This document shows, one piece after another, positions 1-11,715 of a stretch of DNA of 64,000 nucleotides. A program made the position numbers and the translations under genes. This DNA is from an uncultured delta proteobacterium. Lineage in GTDB: Bacteria; Myxococcota_A; Polyangia; Fen-1088. The stretch is from contig CAWCMR010000010.1 of the NCBI GenBank assembly GCA_963796685.1, forward strand, positions 32,001-96,000. The letters are read 5' to 3'. Positions within the stretch are counted from its first letter, which is position 1, and each line of letters opens with the position of its first letter. Below the pieces are notes generated by a model that was given only the letters and a program-made list of their open reading frames with translations, searched no databases and had not been told where the DNA came from.

Positions 1-107
1 CGTCTCTTGCCCTGGCGGTGTGTGCGCGCGGTGCTCGATCCTCTCCGGAGGATCAAGCGAGCGCTTTCCTGAGCCGTGGCCCTCGCTGGCTCGATGGCGC
101 CAGTCAC

Positions 108-1265
108 CTACGGCAGACTTGAAGCGCTGGTTCCTCTACGCACCTTGGATCGAGCCTTCGCCAACAACAAGGAAGGCCAAGCCGGATTCATGCACGGACG
201 TTCGAGCAACACGAAGATCAGCCCGCTGATCGCGAGGGTCAGCGGCGCAAGCACGAGGGCCCAAATCGCGAAGGCGTAGCCGAACGGCATGAGCGGAAGT
301 ATGCGCCTGCCGACTTGGAGCGTGTGAACGACAATGGGGCCATGGACGAGGTAGATCGTGTAGCACATCCCCCCGATGGCCACGATCCAGGGATTGCCAA
401 AGATACGCCGGCACCATCGCCCGCGGATCGACCCACAGTAGGCCATCAGCACCACGAACGGCTGGATCCCGTAGAAATACCGCTCGTAGGCCACCAGCGG
501 CCAGATGGCGATCCAGCTTGCGATGGCAACCCAATCCCACGCACGGCTTTCCACGGGGTTCTCCTGCCAATCCACCACGTAGAGATCCGCAAGCAGGTAG
601 CCCGCGAAAAACTCCTGGAGGTGCCCAATCACGCTACCGAAATAGCGAAAGTCCGTGGTGCTGTATCTCGGCATGCCGAAAGCGAGAATGAGGGCCACGA
701 GAAGTGCCCGCCGGAGCAGCCGATTCCTGAGAAGAAAGACGCAGGTGAGAATCGGCGTTAGCACGTAGAACTGGACCTCGACTTCGAGGGACCATGCGGC
801 GCCCAGCACCGGATTCTGGCTTCCGTAGATCAGCGTGTGCTGGTAGAGCAACCCCACGAGAAGGTGGGGCCACGCGTCGATAGCCGTCAGCGCCCCGGTC
901 GCGCACTCGACGAAGAAGATTGTGAGCAACAGGAGAAAGTAGGGTGGCTCGAGGCGCGTGACTCGCCGGAGAAAATACGCGCGCAGCGAGACCGGTTTAC
1001 CTCCCGCGAGCCGCGCCCGGACAAAGGGAAGTGCAAGCACGAAGCCGCTGATGACGAAGAACAGCTCGACGCCGTAGCGGCCCACATCCATGAGCACGCG
1101 GATCGGGAGATTCGGCGGGGTGGATGCAGCACCGAGCGTGGACATGGTGTGCGCGATGTGAAAGAAAAAAACCGACGAGATGGCCACGAAGCGAAAGCCG
1201 TCGATCTGCGGAATCAGCCGTCTTCCCGGCGTGACGACTCGCCCCAGATGCTTAAGCAGGGGCAT
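108..1265 (-). CDS. Acyltransferase family 3 (OafA/YrhL-like O-acyltransferase)
   Basis: IDGFRFVAI, GVELFFVISGF, FLRRVTRLEPPY and WSLEVEVQFY motifs; multi-TM; start placed at ATG 1265. Confidence 0.9.
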   Translation of the reverse strand: MPLLKHLGRVVTPGRRLIPQIDGFRFVAISSVFFFHIAHTMSTLGAASTPPNLPIRVLMDVGRYGVELFFVISGFVLALPFVRARLAGGKPVSLRAYFLRRVTRLEPPYFLLLLTIFFVECATGALTAIDAWPHLLVGLLYQHTLIYGSQNPVLGAAWSLEVEVQFYVLTPILTCVFLLRNRLLRRALLVALILAFGMPRYSTTDFRYFGSVIGHLQEFFAGYLLADLYVVDWQENPVESRAWDWVAIASWIAIWPLVAYERYFYGIQPFVVLMAYCGSIRGRWCRRIFGNPWIVAIGGMCYTIYLVHGPIVVHTLQVGRRILPLMPFGYAFAIWALVLAPLTLAISGLIFVLLERPCMNPAWPSLLLAKARSKVRRGTSASSLP

Positions 1266-1412
1266 GGTCGGAAGTGACCTTGATTTTGTCGTGCGGCGCA
1301 AACATCTCGGACATCTGGCGGAGCAGATTAGGCCAACTTGGGTCGGAATGCCCGTAGCTTCTCAAAACCGGGATGCGGGGCCTCCGGGTTTGCTTTGTTG
1401 CCGGTCGAATCC

Positions 1413-2702
1413 TTAGCCGCCGTCGCTATCTGGTTCCACCTGCGGAGCTCCTGTAAGAAGGCCGGCGTCCTCGACGCCGAGCTCTTGCCCGGCGATCTTG
1501 CGGTAGAGGGCCCGATAGGTGCGCGCCGTCCGCTCCCAGGTGAAGAGTTTCGCGCGCGCCCTTCCTCGCTCGCGTAGGGATTGCCTGAGCTCGGCATCGC
1601 ACCACAGTTTGCGGATGGCCTCGGCCATGTCCTCTATCGAGTAAGGATCGAACAACAAGACCGCGTCGCCGCCGTACTCCGGCAAAGAGGTAGCCGTCGA
1701 GCAGGCGACCGGCGCACCTTCCTGAAAGGCCTCGAGCAGCGGAAAGCCACCGCCCTCGAAGAGGCTGGGAAAGATGAGAAAGTCCGCCAACCGGTAAAGC
1801 GCGCGCAGATGGCCGGGATCGACATAACCGAGGAACGAGACCTGGTCGCCGAGCTTCAGCGCGCGTGCCCGCTTGTGCACGATCGACCAATCGTGCACTG
1901 GCCTACCCGTGCACACGAGGTTGGCCACGATGCCGTGCTGGGTGCGTGCCTTTGCCAAAGCCTCCAGCAATCGCACGTGGTTTTTGTGCGGCCAATACTG
2001 CGCCGGGAAGAACATGAATCGAGGCGGCAGGTTGTGCTCGCGCCGGACGGCATCCATGTCGTCGGGGACTGGGGTACGGTAGAAGATGGTCGGCGCGCCG
2101 CGGGGTATGGCCACGACCTTCTCCTCGGGGATGCGGTACTGCTCGATGATGTCCGTCTTGGCAGCAAACGATTCGGCCGCGACGGCTGTCGACAACCGGC
2201 ACGCGGTTCCGTGCAGGACATCGCGCTGGGCAACCTCGGCGGGCGTGAAGAACTCAGGCAAGTGCCGGTGCTGCAGGTCATGCGGGTTGTAGACCGAGGG
2301 AATCTTGGTGCGCTCGAAGTATTGGAAGGGGAAGTGCACGACATCGCATGACAACGACTCGAAGAACCCGTCCGATTCGGCGGTCTTGAAAGCAGCGACC
2401 CCGTGCAGCAGGTACTGCACGCGCGAATACCACGGACCAACGACCTCGGCGAATCTCCCCAGGCGTCGGATGACCTTGTCCCTGAGCTGCGGCCTCGGAC
2501 GTACGACCAATCGCTGGTTGTCGCCCATGACCTCGGTGAGACGCCTCTCGTTATCCGGCGTAGCCACCACCACGTAGCGCTCCGGCCCGTCCTCCAAGCG
2601 CCCGAGCGCACCGATGAGCGATATCAGAAACTGCTCGATACCTCCCGCGAAGCCGCCCATCGGGAGCTCGGCGTGAAGGGCGATGGTCAGGGGTTGTTTC
2701 AT
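1413..2702 (-). CDS. Glycosyltransferase family 4 (GT-B, MtfB-like)
   Basis: HDLQHRHLPEFF, WPHKNH and FPSLFEGGGFPLLEAF motifs. Confidence 0.9.
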   Translation of the reverse strand: MKQPLTIALHAELPMGGFAGGIEQFLISLIGALGRLEDGPERYVVVATPDNERRLTEVMGDNQRLVVRPRPQLRDKVIRRLGRFAEVVGPWYSRVQYLLHGVAAFKTAESDGFFESLSCDVVHFPFQYFERTKIPSVYNPHDLQHRHLPEFFTPAEVAQRDVLHGTACRLSTAVAAESFAAKTDIIEQYRIPEEKVVAIPRGAPTIFYRTPVPDDMDAVRREHNLPPRFMFFPAQYWPHKNHVRLLEALAKARTQHGIVANLVCTGRPVHDWSIVHKRARALKLGDQVSFLGYVDPGHLRALYRLADFLIFPSLFEGGGFPLLEAFQEGAPVACSTATSLPEYGGDAVLLFDPYSIEDMAEAIRKLWCDAELRQSLRERGRARAKLFTWERTARTYRALYRKIAGQELGVEDAGLLTGAPQVEPDSDGG

Positions 2703-2888
2703 GGCAGGGCGAAGAGAATCATGGATGCTACTTGCGAATCGCCATGTACCGATAGCTCGCGAAATCGTTTTCCGTCAGCTTGTCCCACCTAAATGACTGA
2801 TAACCCGGCCTGTGTCCACCATGTTCTTGCCTGGGGCCGCGAAAGCACCGGCAGAGACAAGAGGGCAACTGTGATATGAGGTTGGGAC

Positions 2889-3743
2889 ATGGCCGATCAC
2901 TCCCCATCTCCCTCGCTATGCACTCGCACCGAGATCGAGTCGCGCATCGCCGCGGTTCCGTTCTGGTGGCATTCGATCGAAGTCGGTCAAGGGGTGACAA
3001 CCCCCGGCCAGAAGACGCCATCGCAACTTGCGGTGGAGCTCAAGACCTTGCGTCTACCCGACCTGCACAAGAAGACGGTTCTCGACATCGGAGCTTGGGA
3101 CGGCTTCTATTCCTTCACGGCGGAGCGGCTAGGAGCGGAGAAGGTGACGGCGCTTGACCACTTCGTCTGGTCCATGGATCTCAAGGAGCACAAGAAGTAC
3201 TACGACGACTGCATCACGCGTGGGGTGTCTCCCGAGCCTTACGAGACACTCCCTTACTACAAGCCTGCGGAGCTGCCGGGCAAGCGAGGCTTCGACACCG
3301 CCCGCGAACTGCTGGGAAGTGGGGTGGAGTCTATCGTCGCCGACTTCATGACCGCGGATCCGAAGGCCGTCGGAACCTTCGATGTGGTGCTATTCCTCGG
3401 GGTTCTGTATCACATGAAGTACCCCATTGAGGCACTGGAGCGGGTCGCCGCTCTGACCCGTCAGGTGGCGATCATCGAAACCGAGGCCATCTTCCTTCCC
3501 GGCTTGCAGGACCAAGCCTTCTGCGAGTATTTCGAGAAGGGCGAGCTCAACCACGACGTGTCCAACTGGTGGGCGCCCAACCAGAAAGCCCTTGTGGGTA
3601 TGTGCCGAACCGCTGGGTTTCGTCACGTGACGGTGACGCCTACGGCGCCCGTCCTGCCAATGTGGCAGCAACTGTCCTTGCGCTGGGGTGTGGTGGGCAA
3701 GCGAGTTCAGCGCTACCGAGCCGTCGTGCAGGCCTGGAAGTAA
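2889..3743 (+). CDS. Class I SAM-dependent methyltransferase (CmoB/DUF1698-like)
   Basis: WWHSIE, VLDIGAWDGFYSF and FDVVLFLGVLYH motifs. Confidence 0.85.
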   Translation: MADHSPSPSLCTRTEIESRIAAVPFWWHSIEVGQGVTTPGQKTPSQLAVELKTLRLPDLHKKTVLDIGAWDGFYSFTAERLGAEKVTALDHFVWSMDLKEHKKYYDDCITRGVSPEPYETLPYYKPAELPGKRGFDTARELLGSGVESIVADFMTADPKAVGTFDVVLFLGVLYHMKYPIEALERVAALTRQVAIIETEAIFLPGLQDQAFCEYFEKGELNHDVSNWWAPNQKALVGMCRTAGFRHVTVTPTAPVLPMWQQLSLRWGVVGKRVQRYRAVVQAWK

Positions 3744-3783
3744 GAGCTTCTTGCAATGCGCGGTGGGGCGTCTCCGCCCCGCC

Positions 3784-4776
3784 TCAGTAAAGCTCCTTGG
3801 CGACCAGGAGGCTCCGTAGGTTTTTCGGTGTCAACTGCTTGAGGTCGGCCAGGCGGATGCCGCGGTTCATCGCGCAGTATTTGAAGGCCGCGTAGGGGGC
3901 GGTCAGGCAAAGCTCGATGGGTTTCCTCTTCAGGATGGTGGGCGTGACGTGGGCCTCATACCAGCGGCTGCAGTAGCCGTAGACGCGGTTGGCCGGCGCC
4001 CAGTGGAAGTGTTTGTAGACCACCTCGAGGCATTCCCGAGAATTCGCCAAGGCATGTTCGCCGGAGACGGTCTTCGATTCGCCGTGAAGCCGGTAGCACG
4101 AGAGGAAATCCTCGACATAGCGGAAGCGGCAATCGGCGGCCATTCTGATCCACAGATCGTAGTCCATGACGTAGCGGAGGCTCGCGTCGGGGTAGCCGGC
4201 GCGCTCCAACGCCGAGCGGCGGAAAAAGGTGGAGGGCTGGCAGATGAAGTTCACGACGGCCAGTCGTTCGCGCGAGAAGTCTTCGGTCGGGTACGGTCCG
4301 AGACGCGCGCCGGCTTCGTCGACATAGTAGGTCTTGCCATAAACGACCTCGCAACCAGGATCTTTGGAAAACGCCTGGCACACGGTCCCCAGCGCCCCGG
4401 GTGCGTAGGTGTCGTCCGAGTTGAGCCAGGCCAGGATGTCCCCCGTCGACATCGCGAGTCCCTTGTTGATGGCGTGGCTCTGGCCGTCGTCGCGCTCGCT
4501 CAGCCAGCGAAGCTTGATGTCCCGGCAACGGATGGGCCACTCGCCCCGCGACAGCAGCGACGCGTATTTCTTGATGACCTCGACCGAGTTGTCCGTCGAC
4601 CCGCCGTCGACGATCACGTAGTCGATGGCGAAGTCCCCTTCTTGGCCGAGGACGCTCGCAATCGTCTCTTCGAGAAACCGGCCCTGGTTCCACGAGGGCG
4701 TGGTGATGGAGACGGTGGGCACCTCGCGAAAGCTACTCCGAAACGCGACGCCATGGCTAGATCTCATCTTGCCCAT
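3784..4776 (-). CDS. Glycosyltransferase family 2
   Basis: SIITPS-like N-terminus, VDGGSTDNS, AINKG, WLNSDD, MDYDLW; start uncertain. Confidence 0.88.
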   Translation of the reverse strand: MGKMRSSHGVAFRSSFREVPTVSITTPSWNQGRFLEETIASVLGQEGDFAIDYVIVDGGSTDNSVEVIKKYASLLSRGEWPIRCRDIKLRWLSERDDGQSHAINKGLAMSTGDILAWLNSDDTYAPGALGTVCQAFSKDPGCEVVYGKTYYVDEAGARLGPYPTEDFSRERLAVVNFICQPSTFFRRSALERAGYPDASLRYVMDYDLWIRMAADCRFRYVEDFLSCYRLHGESKTVSGEHALANSRECLEVVYKHFHWAPANRVYGYCSRWYEAHVTPTILKRKPIELCLTAPYAAFKYCAMNRGIRLADLKQLTPKNLRSLLVAKELY

Positions 4777-4862
4777 CACCCCTCGTCGCCTGCCCACCGC
4801 TCCGCCTTGACTTCCTGTCCGCGCCGTCAATGATTGCTGAGCCGCCCCAGCGAGCGGCCACC

Positions 4863-6299
4863 ATGTTCACACCCAGACCAGGTTTGCCCCCAAAGGAAGT
4901 CCTCGACACCCATCGCAAGGCCTTGGCCATCAACCTGGACGAGCGATGCTACGGCACGCTCGCCGAGATCGGCGCCGGCCAGGAGGTGGCCCGCTGGTTC
5001 TTCCGGGTCGGCGGCGCCGCCGGGACCATCGCCAAGAGTATCTCGGCCTACGACATGGCGGTCAGCGACGCCATCTACGGCCACACCGAGCGCTACGTCT
5101 CGCGCGACCGGCTGCAAAACATGCTCGACTACGAGCACGAGAAGAACGTCAAACGCTTGAGCGCCGCGCGCGGAGACACCACGGCGTTCTTCGTGTTCGC
5201 CGATACCGTGGCGGCCAAGGGTTTTCGCAGCACCTCCTCCGAGTGCCACGGCTGGATGGGGCTGAAGTTCCAGGCCCACCCGCGCGACGACGAGAGTCAG
5301 ATCGTCCTGCACCTGCGCATGCTCGATCGCGAAACCAGCTTGCAGCAGGAAGCCCTCGGAATCGTCGGCGTCAACCTGCTCTACGGCGCGTTCTTCATGC
5401 ACCACGAGCCCCAGCAACTGGTGGAATCGTTGCTCGACAACCTGTCCACCGAGCGGGTGGAGATCGACATGATCGAGTTCTCGGGCATCGAGTTCCGCCA
5501 CGTCGACAACCGCCTCATGAGCCTCAAGCTGGTGCAGCTCGGTCTGTCCCAGGCCGCCATGTTCGACGCCAAGGGCGAGGTCCTGCAGCCGAGCGAGGTG
5601 CTGCACCACAAGCCCGTGCTGGTCCTGCGCGGCACGTTCCGCCCCGTGACCAAGGTGAACATCGACATGTTGCGCTGCGCGCGGGCCGCGTTTGCCCACG
5701 AGCGCGGCACGTCCGAGGACGAGATCGTCGAGATCATGGAGATCACGATGAGCAATCTCCTCAGCGAGGCCGGCGCCGTCGACCCGCGCGACTTCCTGGC
5801 CCGCGCGGACGTCCTCGGTGCGGCCGGCAAGACGGTGCTCATCTCCGACTACTTCGAGTACTACCGGCTGGCGGGCTACCTGCGCCGCTGCACCAGCAAC
5901 GGCATCGCCATCGTTCTCGGCACGGGCGCCCTCGATCAGCTTCTCGACGAGAAGTACTACACCGGGCTCGACGGCGGCATCATGGAGGCTTTCGGTCGCC
6001 TCTTCAGCAAGGACCTGAAGCTCTACGTCTACCCCATGCTGGATCAGGCCACGGGCAAGCTCAATACGGTTACCAACATGAACGTGCCGGCGGGCCTGGC
6101 CAAGCTGCATGGCTACCTTCTCGATCGCGGTTCGCTGGTTCCCATCGAGGGCTACGACCCCGGCGTGCTTCCCATCCTTTCGCGCGAGGTCTTTCGCCTC
6201 CTCAAGATCGGCGATGCCTCGTGGGAGACCATGGTCCCCGAGGAGGTCGCCGAGCTCATCAAGAGGCGCGGGCTCTTCGGTCGCGCGGCGCGCATCTGA
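4863..6299 (+). CDS. Conserved cytoplasmic protein with nucleotidyltransferase-like C-terminal half (NMN adenylyltransferase-like family)
   Basis: GTLAEIGAGQEVARWFF, RGTFRPVT, and C-terminal SREV...WETMVP-like segment; no signal peptide. Confidence 0.65.
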   Translation: MFTPRPGLPPKEVLDTHRKALAINLDERCYGTLAEIGAGQEVARWFFRVGGAAGTIAKSISAYDMAVSDAIYGHTERYVSRDRLQNMLDYEHEKNVKRLSAARGDTTAFFVFADTVAAKGFRSTSSECHGWMGLKFQAHPRDDESQIVLHLRMLDRETSLQQEALGIVGVNLLYGAFFMHHEPQQLVESLLDNLSTERVEIDMIEFSGIEFRHVDNRLMSLKLVQLGLSQAAMFDAKGEVLQPSEVLHHKPVLVLRGTFRPVTKVNIDMLRCARAAFAHERGTSEDEIVEIMEITMSNLLSEAGAVDPRDFLARADVLGAAGKTVLISDYFEYYRLAGYLRRCTSNGIAIVLGTGALDQLLDEKYYTGLDGGIMEAFGRLFSKDLKLYVYPMLDQATGKLNTVTNMNVPAGLAKLHGYLLDRGSLVPIEGYDPGVLPILSREVFRLLKIGDASWETMVPEEVAELIKRRGLFGRAARI

Positions 6300-6315
6300 A
6301 ACGCCCCGAAACGGG

Positions 6316-6354
6316 TTGACAGGGTTCACTGCCGTTGTTAGCCTGGGCTAACAA
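6316..6354 (+). promoter_or_regulatory. Sigma70 promoter overlapped by a DtxR-type operator palindrome
   Basis: TTGACA (6316) -17 bp- TAGCCT (6339) with extended TG; perfect inverted repeat TTGTTAGCC-TG-GGCTAACAA at 6335-6354. Confidence 0.75.
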
Positions 6355-7103
6355 TGACCCAGGCGTCTAGCGCGGCGGCCGACGGCGAGATCAGCTCGTC
6401 GCTGGAGGACTATCTCGAAACCATCTATTTGCTCGTGCAAGAGCAGGGCTTTGCCCGCGTCAAGGACGTGGCACGCGCGCGCGACGTGAAGGCGGCCTCG
6501 GTCTCCATCGCGCTTCGCAAGCTGGCCGAGCTCGATCTCGTCCGCTACGAGCGGCGCGAGTACATCGCGCTTACGCCCGAGGGCGAAAAAGCCGGGCGCC
6601 GGGTTTTCTCGCGCCACCGTTTGCTGACGCGCTTCTTCGAAGAGGTCTTGAACATGCCGGCGGAGGCCGCCAGCGAGCAGGCCTGCGTCATGGAGCACAG
6701 CCTGACCGACGAAGCCATGGTTCGCATGGTGCGCTTTTTCGAGTTCCTGGGTGCCTGCCCGTCCGTCATCGAGAGCTTTCGCCAGTGTCCGATGGTGCAG
6801 GAGCGCAAGTCCACGGCGCACGCGCGGTTGCCGCAGTGGTGCTCCGTTTGCGCGAAGAAGAAGGAGTTCCTGTCCATGAGCCTGGCCGACGTGAAGCCAG
6901 GCCAAAGCGCGGTGGTCACCAAGATCGACGCGGTCGGGGCCTTGCGACAGCGGCTGCTCGACATGGGTGTCCTTCCCGAAACCACCATCGATATCGAACG
7001 CGTGGGCCTGGGCGGCGATCCCTTCTGGGTGCGCTGTCAGGGCGCGCGCCTGGCCCTGCGCCGTTCCGAGGCCAATTCCATTCTGGTGCGCACCCCCGTG
7101 TAG
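6354..7103 (+). CDS. DtxR/MntR-family metal-dependent regulator with C-terminal FeoA domain
   Basis: SLEDYLETIY HTH, RHRLL...ACVMEH metal sites, RQRLLDMGV...GDP FeoA domain. Confidence 0.93.
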   Translation: MTQASSAAADGEISSSLEDYLETIYLLVQEQGFARVKDVARARDVKAASVSIALRKLAELDLVRYERREYIALTPEGEKAGRRVFSRHRLLTRFFEEVLNMPAEAASEQACVMEHSLTDEAMVRMVRFFEFLGACPSVIESFRQCPMVQERKSTAHARLPQWCSVCAKKKEFLSMSLADVKPGQSAVVTKIDAVGALRQRLLDMGVLPETTIDIERVGLGGDPFWVRCQGARLALRRSEANSILVRTPV

Positions 7104-7124
7104 TGCAGGCAAAGAAGCAGATTC

Positions 7125-9296
<2,172 letters not shown>

Positions 9297-9311
9297 ACGA
9301 GGCACAAAGTC

Positions 9312-9470
9312 ATGGAGAACCTCATCGTCTTTCTCATCGTCGCCGCAGCAGGGGTGTGGGGCGGCTGGCGCGTCCTGCACAGGCGCAAAGCCGGCTCGTG
9401 CAGCTCCGGCTGCGCGGGTTGCAGCTGCCCGAGCAAGCCGACTGCGCCTCTGGTGACGTTGAGGCGGTGA
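9312..9470 (+). CDS. FeoB-associated Cys-rich small membrane protein (52 aa)
   Basis: Read manually: MENLIVFLIVAAAGVWGGWRVLHRRKAGSCSSGCAGCSCPSK...; TM helix plus CxxxCxxCxC directly after feoB. Confidence 0.8.
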   Translation: MENLIVFLIVAAAGVWGGWRVLHRRKAGSCSSGCAGCSCPSKPTAPLVTLRR

Positions 9471-9507
9471 TCATGCCCGAGGAAAGCCACCGTCGCACAG
9501 GGGTCGC

Positions 9508-9693
9508 ATGCACATCGATCTGAAACAGATCCGCCTCGATCAGGAAGATCCTTGCGATCTGCGCTGTGGCTGCGGCAACCTGCTGGCGCGCCTGGTCTCC
9601 GAGGGCATCGAGCTCAAGTGTCGGCGTTGCAAGCGGACGGTGATGTTGCCTCTCGAGGCGGGTGCGACGATGGAGGTCGGAAACCAGCGGTGA
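9508..9693 (+). CDS. Mu Com-like zinc-finger protein (61 aa)
   Basis: DLRCGCGNLLARL...IELKCRRCKR, matching the Com-family pattern. Confidence 0.7.
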   Translation: MHIDLKQIRLDQEDPCDLRCGCGNLLARLVSEGIELKCRRCKRTVMLPLEAGATMEVGNQR

Positions 9694-9830
9694 ACCTTGC
9701 GCCGGAACCAGGGGCGGTCCAGGCCGCTCGGACAATTCAAGGAAGTCGGCGGCCAGCGGTCCGTGAACCCAGAGCCCGAAGACGAGGAATGGTTCCTCGT
9801 TGCCAGTTTCGATTCGGGAAGGAGCTCACG

Positions 9831-11144
9831 ATGCCACAGAAGACAGAACGCTGCGCTCGGGTTCGGACCTCGGTTGCCTGGGTCATCACGCTTGCTTCGG
9901 GATGGGCTGGGGGCGCTCACGCTTCCCCTGAGCAGCCGGCGGCCGCACCCGCCGAGCCACCGGCTGCGACCGCCGCGGTGCCGATGCCCGAGAAGTCGAC
10001 AGCCGACGTCTTTCGCGAGGCCAAGGCACCCGAGGTGGAGTTGCCACGCGAAAGCGCGGTCGAGATCCCCTTGGGACGTGCGCCAGCCATGTCGGGAAGC
10101 GCGTTCGGCGGCTATGGCGAGCTGACGTTGAACGATCCCAGCAACGCCCCGGGCGTCGTGGATCTGCGGCGCCTGGTTCTGTTCTTCGGCCACAACTTCA
10201 CCGACCGTCTGCGCTTCTACTCGGAATTCGAGGTGGAGCACGCCGTCGCTTCGTCGAGCGACCAAGGGGAGGCGGAGGTCGAGCAGGCCTACCTCGACGG
10301 GTTGCTCTCTCGGCGGTTCAACCTGCGCGGCGGTCTCATTCTGATGCCCATGGGCATCGTCAACGTGTACCACGAGCCGCCGAGCTTCAATGGCGTGGAC
10401 CGCCCCGATGTGGACACCTTCGTCATCCCGAGCACGTGGCGCGAGCCGGGCTTCGGCATCTTCGGCGAGCTCGCCGAAGGGTTGCGCTATCAGCTGTATT
10501 TCGTGAACGGCTTTAACGCGAATGGCTTCACCGCCGAGTCCGCCATTCGCGAGGGACACCAGGAGGCGCAGCTCGCCTATGCTGGCGACTACGGTGCCAT
10601 CGCACGCATCGACTACGAGCCCATCTTGGGAACCGTCCTCGGTGCCTCCGCCTACGGCGCGAGCTCGGGGAACTCGTTGAGAGCCACGGTCGGCCGTGTC
10701 CCGGTCGGCTTGTTCGACATCGACGCTCGTTTCCACAAGGCGGGCTTCTCTGCGCGGGCCGAATTCGCGCTGCTGCTCATCGGCGACGCCGGCAAGCTCG
10801 ATCAGGCACTCTTGGCTGGGACGCCCGAGCAGCAGGCCGCCGGGCCCGTGGCCTCCCAGTCGCGCGGCGGCTACGCGGAGGTCGCCTACGATGTGCTCCG
10901 GTTGCTCGCGCCCAGCTCGGAACAGGCCCTGAATGCCTTCACGCGATTCGACTACGCCGACACCCAGGCCTCGGTGCCCAGCGGATTCGTGGCGCGCTCG
11001 GAGTTTCGGCGCTATTCCCAGATGGTCGGTTTGGTCTACAAACCCATCCCTCAAATCGCGCTGAAGATGGACTATAGGCGGCACTGGCTCGGCAACGACG
11101 AGGCCTTCAACGAATTCGCCTCGGCCATCACCTGGTTGTTCTGA
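9831..11144 (+). CDS. Outer-membrane porin (OprO/P-like beta-barrel)
   Basis: AAGGAG RBS, signal peptide, GGYGEL, RFYSEFEVEH, VEQAYLD, HEPPSFNGVDRP, C-terminal F. Confidence 0.85.
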   Translation: MPQKTERCARVRTSVAWVITLASGWAGGAHASPEQPAAAPAEPPAATAAVPMPEKSTADVFREAKAPEVELPRESAVEIPLGRAPAMSGSAFGGYGELTLNDPSNAPGVVDLRRLVLFFGHNFTDRLRFYSEFEVEHAVASSSDQGEAEVEQAYLDGLLSRRFNLRGGLILMPMGIVNVYHEPPSFNGVDRPDVDTFVIPSTWREPGFGIFGELAEGLRYQLYFVNGFNANGFTAESAIREGHQEAQLAYAGDYGAIARIDYEPILGTVLGASAYGASSGNSLRATVGRVPVGLFDIDARFHKAGFSARAEFALLLIGDAGKLDQALLAGTPEQQAAGPVASQSRGGYAEVAYDVLRLLAPSSEQALNAFTRFDYADTQASVPSGFVARSEFRRYSQMVGLVYKPIPQIALKMDYRRHWLGNDEAFNEFASAITWLF

Positions 11145-11175
11145 TTTCACGAGGCAAGGACAAGGAGCAGACACG

Positions 11176-11715
11176 ATGCAGGCATTCGCTCGACGAGGAT
11201 TTCAACTTCGCTCGGCATCGCTCGAGACCCGGATCGCCTACACCGGCTTCGTGCTGCTCATGCTGCCGGCCCTGTCGACCCTCGTCGCACTTTCCTTCGG
11301 TCGCATCGGGCTCGATCCCCATTCCATCGCGGCGCACTACCGCGGCGGAGAAAGCGAGATGTCCTTCCCCAAGACCTTCTGGCAGCTCGTGGAGACGAGC
11401 CATTTCCATCTCTTCACCATCCCGGTCGTGGCGCTGATTCTGTCCCACCTGCTCTACGCCACGCCGGCGTCTCCGCGGCTGCGTATCTACCTGACGTCGA
11501 TCGTCTTCACGGGTGCATTCCTGGACGCGGTGGGGCCGTGGACGGTTCGCTATCTGTCGGCGGGCTTCGCCTACCTTTTGATGGTCGGGTGGATGTTGCT
11601 CGCGGGCGGCTCCTTGCTCATCGTGATGCTCACGCTCGCCGCGATGTGGGGACCCAAGCGCTGGGGTGCACGCGCAGCCTCGTCGGCTCCCGCCAACGGA
11701 GACGACAGGCCATGA
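11176..11715 (+). CDS. Integral membrane protein with conserved His (ETSHFHLF), part of flavinylation module
   Basis: About 4 TM helices, AAGGAG RBS, ATGA overlap with next gene. Confidence 0.7.
   Translation: MQAFARRGFQLRSASLETRIAYTGFVLLMLPALSTLVALSFGRIGLDPHSIAAHYRGGESEMSFPKTFWQLVETSHFHLFTIPVVALILSHLLYATPASPRLRIYLTSIVFTGAFLDAVGPWTVRYLSAGFAYLLMVGWMLLAGGSLLIVMLTLAAMWGPKRWGARAASSAPANGDDRP

Noticed and set aside
4827-6329. Long antisense or alternate-frame ORFs (e.g. 4827-6329, 6348-8018, 49751-51640, 57271-60015, 60861-63056)
   Set aside because: Shadow ORFs of real genes in high-GC DNA; no recognisable motifs.
9694-9830. Known metal riboswitch (NiCo or yybP-ykoY) in the porin leader
   Set aside because: Could not match the consensus by eye; an Rfam/Infernal scan is needed. 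Kept only as an unassigned structured leader.
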